DNA from: Pseudomonas phage OBP | Reading direction: 5' to 3' (one strand) | Length of the DNA stretch: 40,000 bases | Sequence record: JN627160.1 | Shown: positions 9,950 to 19,580 of the stretch, one piece after another | How positions within the stretch are numbered: position 1 is the first letter of the stretch | How the letters are laid out: the number at the start of each line of letters is the position of its first letter | The notes under the pieces: generated by a model | What the model saw: the letters and a program-made list of their open reading frames with translations, nothing else | The model's database searches: none | What the model was told of the DNA's origin: nothing | Position numbers and translations under genes: made by a program

Positions 9950-10412
9950 AACTAACGGCCACTATGAGGTGATAGACGAATCCAACATAGATGAGTTCTA
10001 TTACAAACACTTCGGCGAAACCCATAGACGTTTCTATTGGCGATGGTGGATGGTTATCAAGTGGTTCTTTCAGGACCTACCTGATAAACTCCCTAAGCGT
10101 AATAAAGAAACTATGCAGTTTCTCCATCTCGATATCCAGCAACTGAAATACTATACCAAACAGTTTACATTTACCCGGCGTAGTTTGCGGTATGTTGGTA
10201 AAGATGGTCAGCTCTGGGAACGCAAGTTTAAGATATGGATTGGGTACTCCGATATTGAGCTAATGGAATTACCCAACTCACCTCCCAAGCTTGTTAAAGG
10301 ACCTAAGGGACCAAGGACTTATAAACTCGCTGTCCACCATGGTAGTCACTATACCTGGTTCGGTTTAAAGCGAAGTAAGACCTGGAGACTCAGGTTAGGA
10401 TTTATATTCTAA
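9939..10412 (+). CDS. Hypothetical protein
   Basis: ORF starting with GTG overlapping upstream stop. Confidence 0.65.
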   Translation: MGNKTNGHYEVIDESNIDEFYYKHFGETHRRFYWRWWMVIKWFFQDLPDKLPKRNKETMQFLHLDIQQLKYYTKQFTFTRRSLRYVGKDGQLWERKFKIWIGYSDIELMELPNSPPKLVKGPKGPRTYKLAVHHGSHYTWFGLKRSKTWRLRLGFIF

Positions 10413-10416
10413 CATT

Positions 10417-10448
10417 ACCCTACTCTACCCATGTGGGTAGAGTAGGGT
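10417..10448 (+). terminator. Intrinsic terminator
   Basis: ACCCTACTCTACCC-ATGT-GGGTAGAGTAGGGT, perfect 14-bp stem then T-rich DNA. Confidence 0.9.
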
Positions 10449-10476
10449 TTATCATTATTAACTTTTTTATCTGTAT

Positions 10477-10510
10477 AAATTAACAAACCGATATTATCCT
10501 AGTGTATGAC
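10477..10510 (+). promoter_or_regulatory. Promoter-like repeated motif (copy A)
   Basis: AAATTAACAAACCG ATATTAT CCTAG TGTATGAC. Confidence 0.65.
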
Positions 10511-10538
10511 AAACATAAATTTTATTAAGGAATCTAGT

Positions 10539-11189
10539 ATGATGAAGTTATGTGGTAAAACTATTCCTGAGTTTGCGGAACAGATTAAGAAATTCCTGGT
10601 TGAGGCTGTGGATAAGCCAAACGGGGAACATGCCTGGACCATTGGTGATGATTCCACATTGCCTATCTATATCGATGTTCAGCGCAACGAAGCATCTCGC
10701 ATGGCTCACATCTATATTAAGATCGGGTTAGTCCATTTGGCTAGCGGCTCAGCACATTTCTCTACTGATAAAGGTAAACATAAAAACCTTCCATCTCAGT
10801 TGAAAGTAATTGGAGAAATGATCGACGATAATATCTGGAAAACCGTCAACATCATCCTCTTTGCTGACTCTGGTTTGTCTAACGGACTTCGTGAGTTGTT
10901 CGAATCAGGTGATGTCGATCACGTCGAATCTTCTTTGTACGGGATCCGTCTGAAGTATAACAAAGAAGAAGACTCTCAACGTTTGCTGATTAGTAATCTT
11001 GATGATCAGCCAATCTATGCCATTGAAGAAGCCATCGTCCCTAACTTGGGTATCGGGTTGACTAGCCAGAATGATCTAAAGGATAAAATCTTTTATACCT
11101 GCCTGGGTATGATCCAACAACCGACATTCGAATTTGACGGGGAGTTGTACAGTGCCCATTCCAAAGAAACATCACGAGCGGATTCATAA
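10539..11189 (+). CDS. Hypothetical protein (MMKLCGKTIPEFAEQIKK...)
   Basis: ORF; start refined from 10506 to the ATG after TAAGGAATCTAGT. Confidence 0.7.
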   Translation: MMKLCGKTIPEFAEQIKKFLVEAVDKPNGEHAWTIGDDSTLPIYIDVQRNEASRMAHIYIKIGLVHLASGSAHFSTDKGKHKNLPSQLKVIGEMIDDNIWKTVNIILFADSGLSNGLRELFESGDVDHVESSLYGIRLKYNKEEDSQRLLISNLDDQPIYAIEEAIVPNLGIGLTSQNDLKDKIFYTCLGMIQQPTFEFDGELYSAHSKETSRADS

Positions 11190-11472
11190 GTTTACTGAAA
11201 TCTGCTTAGGTAAAGTAACTCGGGAAGAAACAGAACGTGTATTCTTCCTAAGAGGTAGGTTAGATAATAATTACACCATTGCTTTATATAGCACTGGTTT
11301 ATTACCCCAAGGTAATGATGACACTATTGAAATATCCGGTGACTGTAACGACAAGTCCATAGGGAAATTCTACATTACCGGTGAATCATTAGCCTCCCAT
11401 AAACTCGATGACAAACTTGTTAAAGATGTAGCCCAAGCTTTCATCAAACTCAAGATCAAGGAAATAAAATGA
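11134..11472 (+). CDS. Hypothetical protein; start uncertain
   Basis: ORF overlapping the previous one by 56 nt in another frame. Confidence 0.5.
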   Translation: MTGSCTVPIPKKHHERIHKFTEICLGKVTREETERVFFLRGRLDNNYTIALYSTGLLPQGNDDTIEISGDCNDKSIGKFYITGESLASHKLDDKLVKDVAQAFIKLKIKEIK

Positions 11473-12155
11473 AGCCAGTTCATTATACCGTCGGTGCTAT
11501 CAATAAACTCCAGCCACAGTTCCGGGCGATGTTGGGTAAGCTCATGATTCATATGGTTCAGCTGGATCCAATTACCCACACTGAGCAAGACTGGAATTAT
11601 GACATCGATGGTAATACGTTTACCTGGAAAATTAGAAAGAACCCAGCGCGGACCATTCTTAAACATTTGGATGAAGCTATTCCAGGAAGTACAACTGCCT
11701 TGACAGCAGTCATCTATCTTAATGGTAGCCATTACGTGATGAGTACCGATTTTACCGATCATGAAGATCCTGGTACAACTATCACAGTAGAGATCTTGGA
11801 TAAGATCACTGAGCTGTTCACCAGCTATGTTATTACCCGCATGGTCCGTCGTTGGTATGTTGAGGAAGGTATGCAGGAACGCATACATGACCGCGCCGAT
11901 GCTGGTGACTGGTCGTATATCCATGAACACTGTGAAGGGCATATCACTGGGTTCTACGACACCAAAGGTTATAGCGTGATCGTCGAGTCAGAAGGACAGA
12001 CCATCGCCGAAGATACTCACTACAACCAGTTTGGTAAAGAAAATCCAACTAACACCAATAAAGAAATTTATAAACGTTATCTGAATGAAGCGATCTGCTT
12101 CTTACTGGCTGGCGAGTATATCTTTAAAGGTCGCATCTCGGCGCCCATCATCTAA
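11469..12155 (+). CDS. Hypothetical protein, 228 aa
   Basis: ORF with ATGA coupling. Confidence 0.75.
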   Translation: MKPVHYTVGAINKLQPQFRAMLGKLMIHMVQLDPITHTEQDWNYDIDGNTFTWKIRKNPARTILKHLDEAIPGSTTALTAVIYLNGSHYVMSTDFTDHEDPGTTITVEILDKITELFTSYVITRMVRRWYVEEGMQERIHDRADAGDWSYIHEHCEGHITGFYDTKGYSVIVESEGQTIAEDTHYNQFGKENPTNTNKEIYKRYLNEAICFLLAGEYIFKGRISAPII

Positions 12156-12190
12156 TTTTCATTTAACCACTTTGTAACAGGACTATAGAA

Positions 12191-12517
12191 ATGACTACCG
12201 CTATTGCATTAAGCGCACAACTGAATGACAACAAAATCTCCCGTCTGGTTTCCAAAGCTTGTAAGTTGTTGACAGACACCGAAGGTAAAGTCGGTTCCTC
12301 AATTAACTTCATTGCCAACGATGCCAATGTCACTACCACTCTCTGGGGATTCAACTCCTCTCGTACCAACCTGGTGGTGGAAGTAGCGATCAATAAAGTT
12401 GTTATTGAGAAGTTGCATTTCGTTCGGCCACATGGCGGGGACATGTTCTCTCAGAAACATAAGTGCGGGTTTGCTTTCCTTTACAAATTAAAGACTGGTC
12501 AGCAATTCGCTAAATGA
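12191..12517 (+). CDS. Hypothetical protein
   Basis: ORF. Confidence 0.65.
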   Translation: MTTAIALSAQLNDNKISRLVSKACKLLTDTEGKVGSSINFIANDANVTTTLWGFNSSRTNLVVEVAINKVVIEKLHFVRPHGGDMFSQKHKCGFAFLYKLKTGQQFAK

Positions 12518-12610
12518 TAAACCCTACAGCCAGAGCTCGTGCTCACCGTCACTCCGAAAAACTATGTAAGGGATAACGGAATGTTATCCCCACATCCTCG
12601 GAGAAACCTT

Positions 12611-12856
12611 ATGCAACGTACTCGTGCTTATCGTCGTTACAAACTGCAAGTGAAGAAAGTGAAAGTATCCCGTTACTGGAATGCCGGTGTATGGAGGATT
12701 GGCGGATGCCAAAGGCAAACAGATAAGGCGGTGATTGGCCGAGTGGCGAATACACCAAAAGCCTGTGGTTGCTGGATGTGCGCTAATGCCCGCCAAGTTT
12801 TCGGTGAACCATTTGCAGACGTACGTCGTAAACAACTTTACGTAGATCAGGAGTAA
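12611..12856 (+). CDS. Small basic protein with CxCWMCxN motif (conserved small phage/bacterial family)
   Basis: ...VANTPKACGCWMCANARQVFGEPFADVRRKQ; start refined to the ATG after GGAGAAACCTT. Confidence 0.65.
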   Translation: MQRTRAYRRYKLQVKKVKVSRYWNAGVWRIGGCQRQTDKAVIGRVANTPKACGCWMCANARQVFGEPFADVRRKQLYVDQE

Positions 12857-12861
12857 TAAAT

Positions 12862-13317
12862 ATGCAGCGATTCGAATTTACTGTTAAAAAGAATGTCCTT
12901 GTCATTGACGACCTGGAAACAGGCGGGTCGCTGCGTATTAACTGTCGCCCACTGAGTAAACCATCTATCTCCCCGGTACTCGAAGCGTGGAATGATTTAG
13001 AACATGCAATTGAACACAACGAGTTATTCCTGTCACTTCACGGGATTAACACAATTACCGAAAGACGTGGGTTCAATCTGAAAGGGTCCGTGACACTTAA
13101 GTCATCACACCTTTATGATCCCACAGTCTATGACAGCTCTATCACAATGACTTCGATAAGAGCTAAGTCAACTATTCTCAACTCTGAGTTAAGTTCATTA
13201 GGTCTTACCCACTTCGGTAATGTCACCTTTAATGAATGCAATCTCAAGAGCACACCTATTGTTATACCTCGCAAGGGAAACCAAAGCGTGGTGTATTATC
13301 AGAATGAACTAATATAG
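12862..13317 (+). CDS. Beta-helix-like repeat protein, tandem paralogue 1
   Basis: FTVKKNVLVIDDLETGGSLRI and GSVTLKSSHLYDPTVYDSSITMTSI... parallel next ORF. Confidence 0.65.
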   Translation: MQRFEFTVKKNVLVIDDLETGGSLRINCRPLSKPSISPVLEAWNDLEHAIEHNELFLSLHGINTITERRGFNLKGSVTLKSSHLYDPTVYDSSITMTSIRAKSTILNSELSSLGLTHFGNVTFNECNLKSTPIVIPRKGNQSVVYYQNELI

Positions 13318-13327
13318 AGGATTCATT

Positions 13328-13834
13328 ATGTCACGTTTTAAAACCGAATTAGACACTGTTAAACGTACAATCACTATCACTGGTGATGAAAACGACGGAA
13401 CCTTGGTTATCCGTCAGCAATGTTATCCTGGTTACTTCGATAACGAAAGTGAATGTGATCGATTAGTCGAATATGCGAACGATCTTCAGGGAGATTTGAA
13501 TGAAGGTCGTATTGCGTTACAACTGGTTGGCGAAAACAGTATCGTGTTCACTGACAATAATTTCCCAGTGATGGACAGCGGTATCTATCTTAAGTCATCT
13601 GATCTTTCAAATCCAAGACTCAGTAACGTTCACCTTACTTTCTTTGATGCGGTGTGTTCTGAAGAATGTATCGTTACTAATTCCACCATATCTGATTTTG
13701 AATGGCCCCATGGTAACAAGATCCATCTGTCTCACTGCTTCATTAACCAAAAGTATAATGAAGTGACTTCTCGTATGAGTTACTCTCTGAACGAATGGCA
13801 TTTGAATCAACGTGTCGATGGCGAGATGTGGTAA
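13328..13834 (+). CDS. Beta-helix-like repeat protein, tandem paralogue 2
   Basis: LDTVKRTITITGDENDGTLVI and SGIYLKSSDLSNPRLSNVHLTFFDAV... Confidence 0.65.
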   Translation: MSRFKTELDTVKRTITITGDENDGTLVIRQQCYPGYFDNESECDRLVEYANDLQGDLNEGRIALQLVGENSIVFTDNNFPVMDSGIYLKSSDLSNPRLSNVHLTFFDAVCSEECIVTNSTISDFEWPHGNKIHLSHCFINQKYNEVTSRMSYSLNEWHLNQRVDGEMW

Positions 13835-14220
13835 TGAACCTCATTCCTAAAACAAACTACATTCCAGAGTGTTCAGCAGAATTGCTGAACGCCTGGATTA
13901 AATACGACGGATTAGCCGAACCTTATACTCCCACCAAAATGATGATGGCTAGAGAGTTCTACGCTTATCCTGATCCAGGGTATGTTGTCCCTATGGAGAA
14001 GAAGCCAAATCGCCGGTTATCTAATCCTAAAACACTGACCATGCATTTCTTAAACTTCCTTGATGAAAACTTACTCCAGTTAGGGTATCCGTATTTCTTC
14101 ATGGAAGATTTCCCATACAAGTGCTTGAACATGGTTCAGGTACTCCACGAAATGAATCTCATCGTTGGTTATGATATCGACGAGAATGGATTCGTAACTT
14201 ATGATGAAGAAGGTATCTAA
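13834..14220 (+). CDS. Hypothetical protein (MNLIPKTNYIPECS...)
   Basis: Start refined from 13795 to TAATG junction at 13834. Confidence 0.7.
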   Translation: MNLIPKTNYIPECSAELLNAWIKYDGLAEPYTPTKMMMAREFYAYPDPGYVVPMEKKPNRRLSNPKTLTMHFLNFLDENLLQLGYPYFFMEDFPYKCLNMVQVLHEMNLIVGYDIDENGFVTYDEEGI

Positions 14221-16374
14221 ATGAAGATCTTTAATGTGGAAACACTGACCAAAGAAATTATCGGTAAACTGGTTACTCGTGATGATTCCAAAGACTGGCA
14301 GGATCATGGCGGTAAGGATGGGGAATTACTCCAGCGTATTACCCGTAACTTCAAAATGGTTGAAACTGCATACATGCAAGACCAGACTGACGAAGAACGT
14401 TACAATGCAATCCATAAAGCATTCCGTCTGGGGATGTATGGGGTTCTGGTGGATATGTGGAAAGAGTTAGCTCTCATGGCTAACGGTGATTTCAATATCC
14501 TGCGCAAATGGGCGCTTGCCTATTATGTAAATGCCGCTGCGGTAGGCGTTTGTTTAAATGGGACTGAACCTTTCCTGCAATTCCCAGAAGAACTTAAACT
14601 GAGCGCCCAGCACCACCTGTCCAAAAATGCTCAGACACTTACCAAATGTCTTGAAGCTCTGCGCCGTTCATTTGCGAGTATGACTCGTGAAACCAATTGC
14701 CTGGTCACCAAAGAACGTGCCCAAGTAGAAATCTTCAAACTACTGAAAGCCAACCCTCTGATCCAGGAAACCTTCCTCAGTGAAGTATTGATCGAATCTG
14801 TATTTAATAAGATCAAAGAAGGTAATAGTGCGGTTATTCGTACTAGCCTGATGACCAACATCTTTAACCTGTTAATTGCAGGTGAGAATATAGAACCACT
14901 GACAGAAAAAGAACGCTTCAATTTCATTAAGTCAGAAATTCATCGGACTGGTTTCTTCATTTTTAAAAATGAAGATGAATTGAATGCATTCGCTAAATGG
15001 GCTGACGAAAATAACGTCTATCCTGATAATATCGAAATGGTTGTACACGCATCGGAAATCGATCCGACAAAACAGAACATCATGTTCGTACCTGGTAGCA
15101 TAACCATTCCTACTAAAACCGAAATTAGGGTTCTGTTAGAAGAAGAGTTGGATTATTCCGGATTACAAGCATTGGGCGCGAGTGCAGATATTCTCCGTGT
15201 CATCGACCCTAACTTTAAACAAAAGGAAGAAGCTGTGAAACAAGAATCATATATTCAGTTCATGGGTACAGATCACCTGGTTGGCGGTGTTGAGCGCCAT
15301 GGTTCTGAACAAGAAGAAGTTAATGTCATTCTTCAAGCCATGCAACCTGAGGCACGTAAAGATCGCAAGTTCTTTGTTTCATACATCCACCGTTCTGAAC
15401 ATCAGCGCACACTTACTGCGATGTTCTTAACCGCAGAGAACATGAAGACTATGGATACCCTTGATCCTCGTCATCGTTCTCTGGTCCTGGACCGTGCGAT
15501 TGATATGCGCTTGGGTACATTGTCCCAACTCGAAAGCATCTTTGATGTCATGGGTGCTAAAGGTAAAGCCATTCCGCCGTCAGCTAATTCCATTTACAAG
15601 GGTACTGAACCTACCCGCAATGTAGCCGACAACATTATCGGTATTAACCCAATTAAAACAGAAGAACCTACCACGATGAAACAACCTAAATCCCGTATTG
15701 AAAATCTTCAGAAAGCGCTGGAAGAAATTCTGACAGTGCGTGCTAAAGCTCAGTTCCCTGGTGCCCCAGAAGACACCATCAGAAAAATTGTTTCTGAATC
15801 GAGCAAGGTACTTGGTGTAGGAACAACAATTGAGAAATTGCTATCCGATAACATGATCAAACCCCAGAATGCAGAAGGGGTTGATTACTCCAAGTTAGAT
15901 TTCGCTTCACTGTTCTCTAACCTTACCCAAGCCGGATCCCCATCTTCAATGGATCCATTTACCCCAGCTCTAGGTACGCTTTACAACACACCTATTAACT
16001 TCCATACAGGTAGTCCTACCCCAACAGGCGCAAGCATGTACGCTAAGGAACAAGCTCGCCCAGCTAAAATTAGTCGGGTTCTGACTAATGAAGAAATTAC
16101 CGTAGAAGGTCATGGTGTCTTCAAGATCTCTCGTGAAATTCCGACTAACCAGCTGAGCATCATCTTTGTAGACACTAACGGTAACTACGGCACCCAGTTA
16201 GTACAGGGCTGTTATAACGATATCGATACCAACTACATCATCGAAATGTTGTACGCGGGTATTGAAGCTGGACATCCTCACAAATCAGTTCTGTTGGCTG
16301 TACAGCGTCTTACTCCGCCAACCTTTAATGGCGGATACGGATTCGGTACTCAACCTGGTTACTCTTCTTATTAA
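14221..16374 (+). CDS. Large hypothetical protein, 717 aa
   Basis: Longest ORF in the window; mostly helical N-terminal part, flexible Pro/Gly/Tyr-rich C-terminus. Confidence 0.85.
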   Translation: MKIFNVETLTKEIIGKLVTRDDSKDWQDHGGKDGELLQRITRNFKMVETAYMQDQTDEERYNAIHKAFRLGMYGVLVDMWKELALMANGDFNILRKWALAYYVNAAAVGVCLNGTEPFLQFPEELKLSAQHHLSKNAQTLTKCLEALRRSFASMTRETNCLVTKERAQVEIFKLLKANPLIQETFLSEVLIESVFNKIKEGNSAVIRTSLMTNIFNLLIAGENIEPLTEKERFNFIKSEIHRTGFFIFKNEDELNAFAKWADENNVYPDNIEMVVHASEIDPTKQNIMFVPGSITIPTKTEIRVLLEEELDYSGLQALGASADILRVIDPNFKQKEEAVKQESYIQFMGTDHLVGGVERHGSEQEEVNVILQAMQPEARKDRKFFVSYIHRSEHQRTLTAMFLTAENMKTMDTLDPRHRSLVLDRAIDMRLGTLSQLESIFDVMGAKGKAIPPSANSIYKGTEPTRNVADNIIGINPIKTEEPTTMKQPKSRIENLQKALEEILTVRAKAQFPGAPEDTIRKIVSESSKVLGVGTTIEKLLSDNMIKPQNAEGVDYSKLDFASLFSNLTQAGSPSSMDPFTPALGTLYNTPINFHTGSPTPTGASMYAKEQARPAKISRVLTNEEITVEGHGVFKISREIPTNQLSIIFVDTNGNYGTQLVQGCYNDIDTNYIIEMLYAGIEAGHPHKSVLLAVQRLTPPTFNGGYGFGTQPGYSSY

Positions 16375-16394
16375 TAGCGTATAAACATTAAGTA

Positions 16395-16426
16395 AACTCT
16401 AGGTACCCAATTGGGTACCTAGAGTT
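16395..16426 (+). terminator. Intrinsic terminator, perfect 32-bp palindrome
   Basis: AACTCTAGGTACCCAATTGGGTACCTAGAGTT then CTTATTCTTTTATTTTC. Confidence 0.9.
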
Positions 16427-16453
16427 CTTATTCTTTTATTTTCTTTTGGGTAT

Positions 16454-16487
16454 AAATTTTCAGACAAATATTATCGGCATGTATAAG
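16454..16487 (+). promoter_or_regulatory. Promoter-like repeated motif (copy B)
   Basis: AAATTTTCAGACAA ATATTAT CGGCA TGTATAAG. Confidence 0.65.
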
Positions 16488-16501
16488 TATAGGAGTTTAA
16501 C

Positions 16502-16948
16502 ATGAACGAAAGGGTTAACTATTTAGTATACCTATTGGCTGGGATGTTTGAACAGGTAGTTAAAGCCAAACTGAATCAGCATCGTAGATTGTACAAAGAT
16601 GGTCGTTGGCATGAACATCCGATGTTCCCATACTTCACCTTGGGTATCCAGCAAATAGAGGCTACAGATTACACCGGCAATCTGGAACATTACTATACGG
16701 TTTGTGCTCGTACCAGAACTACCAAATATCCAGTCGATGTCATGGACTTCGTTGTTTGTGATGAACTAATCCAAGTCAGATACAGCGGGATTGAATTACC
16801 AATCTGTGCAGTGGATGGTACAATGATCATCAGTCCTGAGCAGTTTAATAGAATTTTCACTGTGGCAATTGAGTCCAACCTAGATTTGATGGAAGCACTC
16901 AAGAATCACAAAGGGGGTCCACATGAAGCTAAGTCGACTGGTAAGTGA
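16502..16948 (+). CDS. Hypothetical protein
   Basis: ORF preceded by AGGAGTTTAAC. Confidence 0.75.
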   Translation: MNERVNYLVYLLAGMFEQVVKAKLNQHRRLYKDGRWHEHPMFPYFTLGIQQIEATDYTGNLEHYYTVCARTRTTKYPVDVMDFVVCDELIQVRYSGIELPICAVDGTMIISPEQFNRIFTVAIESNLDLMEALKNHKGGPHEAKSTGK

Positions 16949-17309
16949 GATCCTTAATGACGCAGCATTCCAAAGGCAACCAAAACCTTATAAGAATGTT
17001 TACTTCATAAAGGCACTCAATCCCGGCGACGGAAAAAGCATGTTTGTCAGTTTCCGTTTCAAGACGAGCAAGAATGAAGTTCTCGTTGCTCATGCAGAAA
17101 TCGATCTTGATAAACCAAGTAAGAATGTTTCCGTTGGTGTAAGTTACTTGTGGCCGATAAAAAGAGAATCGATAACGTTCTTCCGTAAACGTCAACAAGT
17201 ATTACACAAGTCAATCCCAGAGATACTACAACAAGTAGTGGCTCCATTAATCATAGCAACAATCGAAAAGGTAGAAAATTATTATGTCACAGACTCAAGC
17301 AATCATTGA
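16923..17309 (+). CDS. Hypothetical protein
   Basis: ORF overlapping both neighbours by 26 nt. Confidence 0.65.
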   Translation: MKLSRLVSEILNDAAFQRQPKPYKNVYFIKALNPGDGKSMFVSFRFKTSKNEVLVAHAEIDLDKPSKNVSVGVSYLWPIKRESITFFRKRQQVLHKSIPEILQQVVAPLIIATIEKVENYYVTDSSNH

Positions 17310-17679
17310 TTTCGCTACCCTGAAAGTAACAGGCATCTGTACCGAGCTGAAAGGCAAGCAGATTCCTAACTGGTGGAAAATGGGTGATGTTCAAGGATTC
17401 GGATTCAAAGTAACTGAAGGTGAACTGAATTTCCAAATCGGTGCGGCGATCTACCCAGTAGAAGAAGCGGGCGAAGGCAACTTCTTGATCAAGATGAATT
17501 CGTGCTTCCTTTCTAACCCTGTACGTAAACAAGGTTACGAATTGCTTCAAGTTCCTCTCGGTGCTGTGCTGGAATTAGATTTCCCGATTTACGCTGAACA
17601 CGAACAAGAGCTCATGGATGGCGTACTTCAACTTATTTCCGACGAAGCAGAGAACATTCTGTGTCGGATACTCCAATAA
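17284..17679 (+). CDS. Hypothetical protein
   Basis: ORF. Confidence 0.7.
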   Translation: MSQTQAIIDFATLKVTGICTELKGKQIPNWWKMGDVQGFGFKVTEGELNFQIGAAIYPVEEAGEGNFLIKMNSCFLSNPVRKQGYELLQVPLGAVLELDFPIYAEHEQELMDGVLQLISDEAENILCRILQ

Positions 17680-17821
17680 GCTCACAGAAACGATTCTACT
17701 GAGTTTAATTAAGTAATACTAAGATGTGTATCATGTAGGTACATAAAGACCATAGAGATCGTTTAAAGGGCTTTATGGTTTAACCGACGTTTTCAATCAA
17801 TCTCAATCAAGGATATTTGTA

Positions 17822-18778
17822 ATGAAAGATTTTAACATCTATGCAGTTGGCGGTGCAGGTATCAACGTAGTTAACCGTTTCCTGGGTGAAGGTAAAAATG
17901 GCAAGTTTGTTAAGCAGGTAGTTGGTATCGATACTTCTGATGCTAACCCTGTCGAAGAAGGTCTGTATCCGCTGGAGCGTTTGGAAGGTGCAGAAGGCTC
18001 CGGTGGTAACAAGAAAACCCACGGTGACAAATTCCCTGACTTCGCAAAACAACTGCTGGCCAAATACGAGCCAAACAAACTGAACATCGTCATCTTCTCC
18101 ACCGGCGGTGGTACTGGTGCAGGTCTGGGCCCATATCTGGTTCGTAACATGCTCCAACGCAAAATCCCAGTTCTGACTCTGGTAGTTGGTGACATCTCAA
18201 CCATTAACGAACAGAACAACACAGTGAGTACTCTGGGTTCTCTGTTCAACCAGACCAAGCTCGGTTCTTCAGTACTGTTCTCTTATCTGGAAAACCGTCC
18301 TGAACTGTCTCAGGGTCAGGTTAACCAATCAGCAGTTGGGCGTCTGGATAATGCGATCATGTTCTTCAACCTGTTGAACGAACGTATCGACTATGCCGAC
18401 ATCATCAACTTCTTCTTCTACAACCACATCGTGGATGCTGATCCAATTCTGACTCAGTTGACCTTCCTGACTGAAACTGAACTGCCTCAGTACGATCGTA
18501 AAGCTGTAGCGGCAATCAGCCTGTATCCGAACATCGACGATATCAAAGTCCCGTTCGAAAACATGTTGTATCGTAAGGCTGGTCTGTTCGGTTCTGATTT
18601 CCATGGTTTCACTACTGCCGTTCATGCAGTTCTGGATCACGGTAACACGATCGACAGCCTGAAAGAAATGATCGCTGATAAAGATAAGAAAGCAAATCAG
18701 CTGTCTGGGCAATTCCGTAACAAGGACACTAACCTGTTCGAAACTACTGGTGCAGCAGACGACGACGGCATGATGTAA
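17822..18778 (+). CDS. phuZ: Tubulin/FtsZ-like GTPase, phage spindle protein candidate (PhuZ)
   Basis: N-terminal NIYAVGGAGINVVNRFL, tubulin signature IVIFSTGGGTGAGLGPYL, acidic/Met C-terminal tail; nucleus-forming phage context. Confidence 0.8.
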   Translation: MKDFNIYAVGGAGINVVNRFLGEGKNGKFVKQVVGIDTSDANPVEEGLYPLERLEGAEGSGGNKKTHGDKFPDFAKQLLAKYEPNKLNIVIFSTGGGTGAGLGPYLVRNMLQRKIPVLTLVVGDISTINEQNNTVSTLGSLFNQTKLGSSVLFSYLENRPELSQGQVNQSAVGRLDNAIMFFNLLNERIDYADIINFFFYNHIVDADPILTQLTFLTETELPQYDRKAVAAISLYPNIDDIKVPFENMLYRKAGLFGSDFHGFTTAVHAVLDHGNTIDSLKEMIADKDKKANQLSGQFRNKDTNLFETTGAADDDGMM

Positions 18779-18787
18779 TAACCGGAG

Positions 18788-18809
18788 GCCCTAGGGAATT
18801 CCCTAGGGC
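18788..18809 (+). terminator. Terminator palindrome after the tubulin-like gene
   Basis: GCCCTAGGGAATTCCCTAGGGC perfect palindrome followed by TTT. Confidence 0.75.
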
Positions 18810-18821
18810 TTTAAAGGGCTT

Positions 18822-19109
18822 ATGCGAATTTTATTTAATCTAGCAAGCTACCGCACTACTTTCAATGTCCTATCTCAAAATGATGTAGGCGTTGCAGAAT
18901 CTATTCTTACTAAGGTATGTTTGGATAACGGGTTCCCAGTAAAACCTGGGTTCTTTGACCGTAATCTATCTTTCAATCACACAGCAGTTTATGAACAAAT
19001 TCGCGAATGTGTAGAAGAGAGACTGTTCCTTATCCCCACACCGGATATCGCGGAACTGAACCATCTTGGTAACCTTCAATTTTCACTCACTTTACAAAAT
19101 CGGGAATGA
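18822..19109 (+). CDS. Hypothetical protein
   Basis: ORF. Confidence 0.65.
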   Translation: MRILFNLASYRTTFNVLSQNDVGVAESILTKVCLDNGFPVKPGFFDRNLSFNHTAVYEQIRECVEERLFLIPTPDIAELNHLGNLQFSLTLQNRE

Positions 19110-19112
19110 CAC

Positions 19113-19580
19113 ATGTACAGTATCGATAAGCGCGGTCTTACTTCGGCTATCGCTATCGCCCTAATACCTCAGTTCAAAAATGAAAATCCTGAAGAGGATC
19201 TTCTCACCTATAACTTTCACTTAGTGTTAGATATGGTGCTCGGGGTGATGAACAGCGATACCCGAAACATCGACGATGCTATTGACGACCAGTACCGGTT
19301 GTATCCAGAGGAAAGGAACCTTGCATTTTTAGCTGAGGTCATCCGACTAGAAGTCATTGACATCAAAAAGCAATTTATGCAAGCTGGATTCGATCGTCGA
19401 TTGAAGTATAAGTTAGTGACACGGAATGTCGGTGCTCATAAGTTCTACGGGATTGCAATGGACCTCGATGCGACAACTATCGCATTAACCGAAGCGGAAC
19501 CGGTAGTAGAAACTGACAATGCATTCGCCGTATCTCAGGAGCCATCGATCGATGAACTTGAAGCAGCTTTCAATTGGTAG
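19113..19580 (+). CDS. Hypothetical protein
   Basis: ORF. Confidence 0.7.
   Translation: MYSIDKRGLTSAIAIALIPQFKNENPEEDLLTYNFHLVLDMVLGVMNSDTRNIDDAIDDQYRLYPEERNLAFLAEVIRLEVIDIKKQFMQAGFDRRLKYKLVTRNVGAHKFYGIAMDLDATTIALTEAEPVVETDNAFAVSQEPSIDELEAAFNW

Noticed and set aside
11370-11942. 190-aa minus-strand ORF, plus other antisense ORFs across 301-17700
   Set aside because: All lie wholly opposite well-formed coupled plus-strand ORFs and lack plausible ribosome-binding contexts.
17715-17740. Possible further copy of the promoter-like motif upstream of phuZ (ATACTAAGATGTGTATCATG)
   Set aside because: Spacer is 4 rather than 5 nt and the first block matches only 5 of 7, so it is not distinguishable from AT-rich chance.
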